Sequence record: PZ445443.1 | Length of the DNA stretch: 64,000 nucleotides | Reading direction: 5' to 3' (one strand) | Origin: a phage | Position numbers and translations under genes: made by a program | Shown: positions 57,853-64,000 of the stretch, one piece after another | Layout of the letters: every line of letters begins with the position of its first letter | How positions within the stretch are numbered: position 1 is the stretch's first letter | Notes under the pieces: generated by a model | What the model was told of the DNA's origin: nothing | Databases searched by the model: none | Seen by the model: only the letters and a program-made list of their open reading frames with translations

Positions 57853-58203
57853 ATGAAAGATGGGGATAAGCTGCTATATCTTAAAGTCCCCCTTGAAATA
57901 CTATCTATGTCAAAAGTTTTGAATGACACAACTGGGGAGGTTGTTGTTCTTGACTTGTATGACAAGATCGTATACTGCTACCTGCACAACTGGTATAAGC
58001 TTGGAGGAAATTCACGCTTCACACCAAGCACAAGGAAAATTGCAGCAGATGTTGGGATAAAGAAAACAAAAGCAGCAGCGTGCGTTAAAACTTTAGAATG
58101 TGCAGGAGTGGTTGAAACATCCACACAAGGGAGAGGTAAAAGATGCACATTTTCCAAAGTTTTGCCACCAGAAGAAGTTATTCGGATGTCAACAACTGGT
58201 TAG
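57853..58203 (+). CDS. putative HTH DNA-binding protein
   Basis: ATG with CAGGAG RBS; HTH-like STRKIAADVGIKKTKAAACVKTLECAGVVE. Confidence 0.5.
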   Translation: MKDGDKLLYLKVPLEILSMSKVLNDTTGEVVVLDLYDKIVYCYLHNWYKLGGNSRFTPSTRKIAADVGIKKTKAAACVKTLECAGVVETSTQGRGKRCTFSKVLPPEEVIRMSTTG

Positions 58204-58278
58204 ACCAGTAAAAAACTTAAATATCTGTACTATAAGGATTCGTATGTTTTATGTTCGCCATGGAACGGATACTATTAA

Positions 58279-58362
58279 CTGTCCGTGATACGGACACTAC
58301 TGTCCGTCACGCGGACACATCTGCCCGTAATACGGACACTAACTGTCCGTGATACGGACACA
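58279..58362. repeat. array of four tandem palindromic operator-like sites (GTCCGT-N3-ACGGAC) at 21-22 bp spacing
   Basis: Cores at 58281, 58302, 58323 and 58345; copies 1 and 4 perfect, 2 and 3 one mismatch. Confidence 0.6.
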
Positions 58363-58500
58363 TAAAGAATATAACTAAAATAACTAAATAATAAAAAATA
58401 AAAGATCTAGTACTTATGGTACTAAGTACATATACTTAACTTATGTAGAATATACTAGATCCTAAGTACCATGTTTTAAATTTATTACTTACTATGGACA
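58363..58500. promoter_or_regulatory. AT-rich region with nested inverted repeats
   Basis: About 85% AT; inverted repeats AGATCTAGTA/TACTAGATC and ATGGTACT/AGTACCAT. Confidence 0.4.
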
Positions 58501-58790
58501 GTGTCGGCCCTTCATTGGCACTCGCCTACGAGGGGCGAGATGCCGGGCCTCCTTGGTGCACACAATAACAGAAGTGCATACATGCAGGTCTGTTAACATG
58601 TGTGGGAGCGAAGCGATAGCGCAGGCCAAAGGCCGAGCACTGATGTGGACCACCGACGAAAGCTTGCCAGCGCCGTAAGGAGTCGGTTGAGAGTCTCCCG
58701 CGCGAGCTTGGATGAAGTTTATGTGTGGAAACTGACAAGAAGGCCCCTAAATCGCTCCACAGCTATATAAACTATACCAGGTAATGCAAT
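58501..58790. other. GC-rich ORF-free island A (candidate structured RNA or protein-binding region)
   Basis: Locally high GC in an AT-rich genome; hairpins visible; only low-complexity ORF lacking RBS. Confidence 0.35.
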
Positions 58791-58864
58791 CGCACCAGTT
58801 TGATAGAAAAGCTCGTTACAAAGCGATACAGTGAGTTTTTCTATAACTTGAAGAGGAGGCAGTT

Positions 58865-59443
58865 ATGGGTTCACGCAAAGATGACCGTGAAAAGATTGCA
58901 AAACGTTATCAGAATGAAGAACAGATGGAGAAAACTTTCAAGTGGAAGCCCGGTTTCCAGCGTAATCATTCTAACGCTCGTGATCGTAAGCATCCGGATA
59001 AGTGGCTAACACCGCCAAATGATGGCATGCAGGTTGGGGATGAGAAGGAGATGTCGCCTGGAAAAGATGGCAACTACATTCGCACTAAGGACGCTGGTCC
59101 AAAGGATGACAGCTATCTTGTAGATAAGGTTCTTGATGGTATCAATGTAGATGTTGACACTGCACGAAACCTTTTTCTTGGGTGGTATCGCACAGGTTTT
59201 TTCGACATCAAGGCTATTCGTCGTGTTTGTGATATTAAAAAGTCTGCATATGATGACGACTCGTTACATCGCACCCTGAGACAATATTCAGAAAGATATG
59301 GTCATCCGGTTATCACTCTTGACGATGTTAACGAAGTGATGTATCATGCAGAGGTTGTTGCAGGAAGATTTGGTGATGCATATCTTGATATCCTTTCTGC
59401 AAAGGATGAGGTAATGTTAAATAAGATTTACTATGAACGCTGA
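58865..59443 (+). CDS. hypothetical protein
   Basis: ATG with GAGGAGG RBS; 192 aa. Confidence 0.55.
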   Translation: MGSRKDDREKIAKRYQNEEQMEKTFKWKPGFQRNHSNARDRKHPDKWLTPPNDGMQVGDEKEMSPGKDGNYIRTKDAGPKDDSYLVDKVLDGINVDVDTARNLFLGWYRTGFFDIKAIRRVCDIKKSAYDDDSLHRTLRQYSERYGHPVITLDDVNEVMYHAEVVAGRFGDAYLDILSAKDEVMLNKIYYER

Positions 59444-59453
59444 GGGGCGATTA

Positions 59454-59642
59454 ATGAACAACCCGGTAGCAAAGAACTGTAATAAGTTCAACAAGTCTGC
59501 AATTCACACTGACAGGAAAAAGAGCTGGTCTCCTGACATTGACGAGGAGCTTGAGAGTTACTTTGAAGACCTGGTCACCAATGCAGATGAGGTTGCGATT
59601 AAAGAATACGCAGACAGGAAGGATAAGGCCGGAATCTGTTGA
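59454..59642 (+). CDS. hypothetical acidic protein
   Basis: Track start 59433 trimmed to ATG 59454 with GAGGGG RBS. Confidence 0.45.
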   Translation: MNNPVAKNCNKFNKSAIHTDRKKSWSPDIDEELESYFEDLVTNADEVAIKEYADRKDKAGIC

Positions 59643-59667
59643 CAAAAATAGTGTTACCTGATAAGAT
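59639..59667 (+). promoter_or_regulatory. sigma70-like promoter (TTGACA-17-TAAGAT)
   Basis: Hexamers upstream of CDS 59719. Confidence 0.45.
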
Positions 59668-59718
59668 CTGCAATATGATGTGATGCAATTTTAACTTACG
59701 AGGTCTACAGGTAATGCT

Positions 59719-59961
59719 ATGTTTAAGGTTAAGCTCGTTTTTCGTTCCATGAATGAGGATTATTTAGAAGATGAAGGTGAATTTCGTGCACTGGATGATG
59801 CAATAGATTTTGCCAACGACTTAGCTTGTATGAATACAGGTTATGGGCTATGTTGTTGGGATGGTGGTGTTCAGATCGGTGATAGCAAGATCTTCTACTT
59901 CTACCCTGAGCCTGATAACAAACAAATTAAGTATGTTTTATTTATTTGTGCTTTACAATGA
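59719..59961 (+). CDS. hypothetical protein
   Basis: 80 aa ORF. Confidence 0.5.
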   Translation: MFKVKLVFRSMNEDYLEDEGEFRALDDAIDFANDLACMNTGYGLCCWDGGVQIGDSKIFYFYPEPDNKQIKYVLFICALQ

Positions 59962-60040
59962 GGTTGTTTTCGTGTATCATGATGAATATCCAATTTAAAG
60001 ATGAATTTGATGGCTTTATCTCTGGATGCTTTGAAACAGG

Positions 60041-60250
60041 GTTCGGAGAAGACTGAGTTCCCCTTAGAGGGCTTGATAGTGCACCACACTTAAAATGGTA
60101 GGGGCAGCCAGCACATGACGATGTGACCCCAGCCAACCTGTAACAAGGTCGAGCCGAAGCGCGGGTAATAGGCCTCTGGTAACCCACTTGTTGGGTCTTG
60201 CTGGTCCAGGACGCTGGACAAGTCGCAGGGAACACCACCCTGCGGCGAAC
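60041..60250. other. GC-rich ORF-free island B (candidate structured RNA)
   Basis: High local GC; hairpins CACAT-gacg-ATGTG, GTCCAG-gacg-CTGGAC, GCAGGG-aacaccac-CCCTGC; overlapping minus ORF looks spurious. Confidence 0.35.
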
Positions 60251-60296
60251 TTGACAATCAGTATTTGCTATGATAAAATCCACCTATCACGTGATA
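60251..60296 (+). promoter_or_regulatory. sigma70-like promoter (TTGACA-18-TAAAAT) with perfect palindrome TATCACGTGATA at the start site
   Basis: Palindrome at 60285-60296 lies between -10 element and RBS of CDS 60308. Confidence 0.45.
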
Positions 60297-60307
60297 ATGG
60301 AGGAAAC

Positions 60308-60646
60308 ATGGCGGATACAACTAAAAAGCGTCGCCGTAGAGGCAGACCTCTGAAAGAGGAGTCCAACGCCATTCAGCTAGAGAAGAACATCCTTGATATG
60401 AAGGAATCTTTTATAGCGATGGTTCCAGAAGCTCACAAAGTTTTAAGAGAGCTGATGTTGGACCCGAAAACCAAACAAAATATTCGTCAAAGCATTGCAG
60501 AGTATGTTCTTGATAAGGCAGACCGAATGCAGGAAGAATATGATGAGATGTTTGGTGAAGAGGAAGAGGTGGTAGTGGAAGAGGCTGAAAAACCAGCACC
60601 TTTTATGCCATTTACTACAGAAATACAGCCTGTTAGCAATAGATAA
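60308..60646 (+). CDS. hypothetical protein with basic RRRRGRP N-terminus and acidic C-terminus
   Basis: Track start 60188 trimmed to ATG 60308 with GGAGG RBS. Confidence 0.55.
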   Translation: MADTTKKRRRRGRPLKEESNAIQLEKNILDMKESFIAMVPEAHKVLRELMLDPKTKQNIRQSIAEYVLDKADRMQEEYDEMFGEEEEVVVEEAEKPAPFMPFTTEIQPVSNR

Positions 60647-60655
60647 AATATTTTC

Positions 60656-60684
60656 TTGACAAACTTTGCTTAACAGTGTAATAT
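60656..60684 (+). promoter_or_regulatory. sigma70-like promoter (TTGACA-17-TAATAT) for tRNA cluster
   Basis: Hexamers about 60 bp upstream of first tRNA. Confidence 0.5.
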
Positions 60685-60742
60685 TGTAAACATGGTCTCC
60701 CACCTTTTCTGGCGGCTAAGGTGTAAAAGAAAGCCACCCAGT

Positions 60743-60817
60743 GCCCTGTTAGCTTAGTGGATAAAGCAGCGGCCTTCTAAGCCGTTGACACTGGTTCGAG
60801 TCCAGTACGGGGTGCCA
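60743..60817 (+). tRNA. tRNA-Arg (anticodon TCT), CCA encoded
   Basis: Hand-folded cloverleaf: 7-bp acceptor stem (two G-U), anticodon loop CTTCTAA, T-loop TTCGAGT. Confidence 0.7.
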
Positions 60818-60821
60818 AATT

Positions 60822-60908
60822 GGGGAGTTATCCCGTAGAGGTAGCGGTGTAGACTGTAAATCTATTGTCATTGCGACTCGGGTGGTTCGACTCCACCACT
60901 CCCCACCA
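60822..60908 (+). tRNA. tRNA-Tyr (anticodon GTA), long variable arm, CCA encoded
   Basis: Perfect 7-bp acceptor stem GGGGAGT/ACTCCCC; anticodon loop CTGTAAA; T-loop TTCGACT; 87 nt. Confidence 0.7.
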
Positions 60909-61022
60909 AATTTATATTTTTAGATGCATAAATAATACAGATAATGGCATTGATATTTATCGTCGTTTATACTAGTCACTAACTGCTCGAAAATCAGTGT
61001 CATTATCAGTATAATTTATAAA

Positions 61023-61113
61023 GGAGGGTAGGGAGCAATGGTGCTCAAGCGGTCTTGAAAACCGTCCCGTTGAGGATGACTCGATGATGGTTCGATTCCA
61101 TTACTCTCCGCCA
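61023..61113 (+). tRNA. tRNA-Ser (anticodon TGA), long variable arm, CCA encoded
   Basis: Acceptor GGAGGGT/ACTCTCC; anticodon loop CTTGAAA; T-loop TTCGATT; 91 nt. Confidence 0.65.
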
Positions 61114-61211
61114 CATTGTTGACCTTGTAATTAAGCGAAAGTCGGAAGCAGAACCGGATTATCAAATGTTACAGTCGTCATCGCCGACTAGCAACATGGT
61201 CAACATACTGA

Positions 61212-61308
61212 GCTAGGTAAGCCCTTTGGCAAGGGCGAGGATTTTTAATCCTGAAAATAGACGAGGTAGTCGTTGAATACATAGGTGGTTCGATTCCATC
61301 ACCTAGCA
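61212..61308 (+). tRNA. atypical tRNA-like gene (possible UUU anticodon, oversized variable region, no encoded CCA)
   Basis: Perfect acceptor stem GCTAGGT/ACCTAGC and T-arm GGTGG-TTCGATT-CCATC; anticodon arm non-canonical (AGGA-TTTTTAA-TCCT); 29 nt between anticodon and T stems; 97 nt. Confidence 0.4.
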
Positions 61309-61315
61309 CCTTTTT

Positions 61316-61391
61316 GCTGATGTAGCACAATCGGTAGTGCAATTGATTTGTAATCAATAGGTTGTAGGTTCAAGTCCTGCCATCAGCACCA
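61316..61391 (+). tRNA. tRNA-Thr (anticodon TGT), CCA encoded
   Basis: Perfect acceptor stem GCTGATG/CATCAGC; anticodon stem ATTGA/TCAAT with loop TTTGTAA; T-loop TTCAAGT. Confidence 0.75.
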
Positions 61392-61392
61392 A

Positions 61393-61467
61393 GGCCCTGT
61401 AGCTGGAAGGTTCAAGCAAGCGACTCATAATCGCCAGACGGTGGTTCAATTCCACCCAGGGCCACCA
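61393..61467 (+). tRNA. tRNA-Met or tRNA-Ile2 (anticodon CAT), CCA encoded
   Basis: Perfect acceptor stem GGCCCTG/CAGGGCC; anticodon loop CTCATAA; T-loop TTCAATT. Confidence 0.7.
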
Positions 61468-61478
61468 AATAGTAAATA

Positions 61479-61555
61479 CTCCGCGTAGCTCAGCTTGGTA
61501 GAGCGCCTGATTTGGGATCAGGAGGTCGAGTGTTCGAATCACTCCGTGGAGACCA
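61479..61555 (+). tRNA. tRNA-Pro (anticodon TGG), CCA encoded
   Basis: Acceptor CTCCGCG/CGTGGAG; anticodon stem CCTGA/TCAGG with loop TTTGGGA; T-loop TTCGAAT. Confidence 0.7.
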
Positions 61556-61601
61556 CTTTCAGTTATACTTTAAACATATATAAACAAAAGGAACCTTTAA
61601 A

Positions 61602-61871
61602 ATGTATACACTTAAAATTGTAGAGCGTGTAAATCCAACTCATACCGTAGATTTTCGTGACGATTTCAATCCTCTGGCTGTAAATCTTCGAGAGTCATAT
61701 CATGAACTCAGCTGCGATGCAGTGGTGGTCTTTTTTGAAGACAACTCTGAAGGGGCGGTAGCTTGTGTTGTTGATAGTGAGCAGAAGTTTTATATTTACA
61801 GAGATGTAGATGCATACTTGATGAATGAAAATGCAGTTACTGTTAGAATCATCCACCGAGTGCCTCGATAA
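61602..61871 (+). CDS. hypothetical protein
   Basis: ATG with AAAGGAA RBS; 89 aa. Confidence 0.5.
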   Translation: MYTLKIVERVNPTHTVDFRDDFNPLAVNLRESYHELSCDAVVVFFEDNSEGAVACVVDSEQKFYIYRDVDAYLMNENAVTVRIIHRVPR

Positions 61872-61925
61872 GTATTAGTCTCCTTTTAGTTAGTTTCGAT
61901 CTATTTAGGTTACTCAATTTTAACC

Positions 61926-61958
61926 CGCCCCGTTAGCTGTATAGCTGCGGGGTTTTTT
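61926..61958 (+). terminator. intrinsic terminator
   Basis: CCCCG...AGCTgtatAGCT...CGGGG hairpin followed by TTTTTT. Confidence 0.55.
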
Positions 61959-61976
61959 CGTTTCTGGAGCCTTAAA

Positions 61977-62375
61977 ATGATTTCAGTTTTAACATGGCTG
62001 AGCAGGTATAAAGGGATCATAAAAGGTTTAGTTTTTGCAGCTGCGATAGGTACAGCTTATCTTGGGGCCGTGTATTGGTTTAACTCTAAGCTTAATGATG
62101 CCTACCAAGAAGGTGTGTCAGCAACAGAGTTAAAGTGGGAACGGATCCTTGATCAGCAACAAAAGCAGGCCGACAAAATTAAAATGGGCCACGCAGAGGA
62201 GGTTAAAAACCTTGAAAAATCCCTTTCTGATCTGCAGGATAAATTAAATATAGCTGAGAAGGCAGGTAAAGAAAAGCAGATTATCTACCTCCAGTCACCT
62301 GAAGGCAAGAAGTCAACACTTCCTGATCAGCTTATAGATATTTATAATGAGAGTATCAATCAGGAGGATCAATGA
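61977..62375 (+). CDS. i-spanin-like protein (Rz-type)
   Basis: N-terminal TM helix then charged coiled-coil region; overlaps downstream lipoprotein gene. Confidence 0.5.
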   Translation: MISVLTWLSRYKGIIKGLVFAAAIGTAYLGAVYWFNSKLNDAYQEGVSATELKWERILDQQQKQADKIKMGHAEEVKNLEKSLSDLQDKLNIAEKAGKEKQIIYLQSPEGKKSTLPDQLIDIYNESINQEDQ

Positions 62376-62659
62376 GAGTTGCTACACTGTTTATTGTGTG
62401 CTTGTTATTATGTGGGTGTGCAACCAGCGTTGAGAGAGAATACAAGATTGACCCTCCTGATGTAGGAAGGTTGATTGTTAAACCCCCGGAAGGTGCCATG
62501 AAACCACCTGCTAAAGCTATGCCTTTGAAGAAAGGTGCGCCAGATGCAGTGAATTCTGGCATTATGAGGGATAATAATCTGTCTTGTAGCAATGATAGAG
62601 CTAAATTGATCATTTTGCAAGACTATATTAGAACACTTTTTCCAAAGGAGAGAGGTTAA
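62372..62659 (+). CDS. o-spanin-like outer-membrane lipoprotein (Rz1-type)
   Basis: Signal peptide with lipobox LCGC; proline-rich; ATGA overlap with upstream gene. Confidence 0.5.
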   Translation: MRVATLFIVCLLLCGCATSVEREYKIDPPDVGRLIVKPPEGAMKPPAKAMPLKKGAPDAVNSGIMRDNNLSCSNDRAKLIILQDYIRTLFPKERG

Positions 62660-63087
62660 TGTCTAAGATTTACGGACCGTGTTCTGAAAAGCAGAAGATG
62701 ATCCTAGAAAACGATGCAGATATTTTGGTAATCGGCGGTGCCGCAGGGTCTGGCAAGTCGTTCCTCTTGCAATTGATGCCACTTAAAATTATTGATGACC
62801 CCCACAGCTCTGTGGTTATGTTCCGAAGAACAACCCCACAGTTGGAAGGTGAGGGTGGATTATGGCCTAAAGCAGTAGCTATTTATAGTGATCTGCCTGA
62901 AAACATTAAGCCAAAGTTTAGAGAGAAGGATCATAAGTTCATTTTTCCACGGTTTGATCCGAACACTGGCAAGTGGGATAGAAGCAAAAAGGGAGCTGTT
63001 GTAAAATACTGCCACATGGAGTATGTACAAGATAAGCTTAACCATCAGGGGCTTGAGTACACCATGGTTTGCTTCGATGAGGGTTAA
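62659..63087 (+). CDS. terminase large subunit, N-terminal ATPase segment (interrupted after Walker B)
   Basis: Walker A VIGGAAGSGKS preceded by QK-ILE-DA; ends at Walker B-like MVCFDEG followed by stop. Confidence 0.5.
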   Translation: MSKIYGPCSEKQKMILENDADILVIGGAAGSGKSFLLQLMPLKIIDDPHSSVVMFRRTTPQLEGEGGLWPKAVAIYSDLPENIKPKFREKDHKFIFPRFDPNTGKWDRSKKGAVVKYCHMEYVQDKLNHQGLEYTMVCFDEG

Positions 63088-64000
63088 TTTGTAGCTCTCG
63101 TAAAACCTCCCTAATTGCGGGGAAATCTTTATTATTGACACCACCAACCTGTCATGGTAACATGACAGAGGCTTCGAAGAGAGATCGAAGGTATGGTAAC
63201 AGTGTGTTAATTTAGATAATCCGCAGCGAAGCATCCGAGAGGATGAACGTTCAACGACTAGTCGAAAGACGTAGAATCAAGCGATTCGAAACGGGAGGGT
63301 GAATGTGTAATACTAAAAAATGTATGGATTGCCAAAGAGTTCTACCTATTGATGATTTCTTTTTATCATCTAAGAGCAAGGATGGATACTCAGGTACATG
63401 CAAGGAATGCTATATGTACTACAGGAAGGGTGGATCTCGTAAAAACAAAAATATGGTTAAGAGAGATGATGCAGCATTGTTTATTCAAGACTTGCTGAAG
63501 AAAGGTGAACTTTTTGAATGCAAATCTTGTCATGAAAGTATGCTCGCTGATAGTTTTTACACAAAACGTGACTATGGTAAAGTATATCTGGTTACGAACA
63601 GGTGTAAGATGTGTGAAAAGTTTTATCAGATTGAGAAGAAATTTCACATAACAAAAGATGAATACTATCGTCTACTCTCAGATCAAGATCATAAGTGTGC
63701 CATTTGTAGAATATCCCTTGATGAGTATAGGACGCAAGGGTATAGAGATTTCTTTTGTGTTGATCATGACCATAAAACTGGTGCTGTAAGAGGGTTGCTT
63801 TGTGATAAATGCAACAGAGCTTTAGGTTTCTTCCAAGAGGATGAGGAAACTATTCTTAGAGCGGCAGAGTATTTACACATTCATAAGATATAGTCTGGTC
63901 TGCATGGAGACATGCAGCTGCCTGAAAATGGCGGGGCAAGACTAGCGACCTTGCCCGAACATAAACGACACAATTCGAATGGGAGCAGATAGACTATCTG
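63088..64000 (+). mobile_element. intron-like insertion (probable group I intron with homing endonuclease ORF), 3' end beyond window
   Basis: Interrupts terminase ORF at a conserved site; structured flanks (TAGTCT...AGACTA, GGGCAAG...CTTGCCC pairings); free-standing nuclease ORF with own RBS. Confidence 0.4.
63303..63893 (+). CDS. endonuclease VII-family homing endonuclease
   Basis: ATG with GGGAGGGTG RBS; motif CVDHDHKTGAVRGLLCDKCN; N-terminal Cys clusters. Confidence 0.6.
   Translation: MCNTKKCMDCQRVLPIDDFFLSSKSKDGYSGTCKECYMYYRKGGSRKNKNMVKRDDAALFIQDLLKKGELFECKSCHESMLADSFYTKRDYGKVYLVTNRCKMCEKFYQIEKKFHITKDEYYRLLSDQDHKCAICRISLDEYRTQGYRDFFCVDHDHKTGAVRGLLCDKCNRALGFFQEDEETILRAAEYLHIHKI

Noticed and set aside
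58279-58362. Possible CRISPR array from four regularly spaced repeats
   Set aside because: Repeats are 15-bp palindromes separated by only 6-7 bp; there are no spacer-length unique sequences or cas genes. Operator or iteron array fits better.
58526-58738. Minus-strand 70-aa ORF in GC-rich island A
   Set aside because: Low-complexity composition, no RBS, and its GC content mirrors the island rather than the coding regions.
59942-60283. Minus-strand 113-aa ORF spanning GC-rich island B
   Set aside because: Overlaps the 3' end of a plus-strand gene and a promoter; Ser/Pro/Arg-rich low-complexity translation; no RBS.
61354-61542. Minus-strand 62-aa ORF from the track
   Set aside because: Lies entirely over the tRNA-Thr, tRNA-Met and tRNA-Pro genes; no RBS.
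1-64000. Prophage or integrative element interpretation
   Set aside because: No integrase, repressor/antirepressor module or attachment-site-like direct repeats flanking host genes; content is that of a lytic phage genome.

Overview
This window reads as a densely coded segment of a virulent tailed-phage genome; gene content and layout resemble large T5-like or T-even-like phages of Gram-negative hosts, but that identity cannot be confirmed without a database search. All calls below rest on reading the sequence and the supplied ORF track by eye; no folding, tRNA-scanning or homology tool was run. Layout: (1) 1-16.2 kb holds about 40 small plus-strand genes with near-consensus sigma70 promoters (TTGACA-N16/17-TATACT-like), GC-rich 5'-UTR hairpins and intrinsic terminators, plus repeat-rich ORF-free tracts at 4.9-6.1 kb. 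(2) 16.2-18.7 kb is a 2.5 kb ORF-free, repeat-dense region between convergent gene blocks. (3) 18.7-56.7 kb is a minus-strand block: paralogous small acidic proteins and a ribosome hibernation factor homolog, then nucleotide-metabolism and DNA-transaction genes (nrdA, nrdB, nrdD, nrdG, glutaredoxin, ThyX, dNMP kinase, HAD nucleotidase, PhoH, ClpP-like protease, two adenine methyltransferases, ATP-dependent DNA ligase, FEN-like and DnaQ-like exonucleases, Endo VII-like, RuvC-like and HNH nucleases, lambda R-type lysozyme, Sir2, Rnl1-like RNA ligase). (4) 56.8-64 kb holds a P-loop polynucleotide kinase and metallophosphoesterase, an HTH protein beside a four-copy palindromic operator array, two GC-rich ORF-free islands, six tRNAs plus one atypical tRNA-like gene, a spanin pair, and a terminase large-subunit 5' segment interrupted by an intron-like insertion carrying an Endo VII-type homing endonuclease ORF. 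The most interesting candidates for something undescribed are the ORF-free repeat region, the split RNA-repair module beside the tRNA cluster with its atypical UUU tRNA-like gene, the operator array, and the GC-rich islands.
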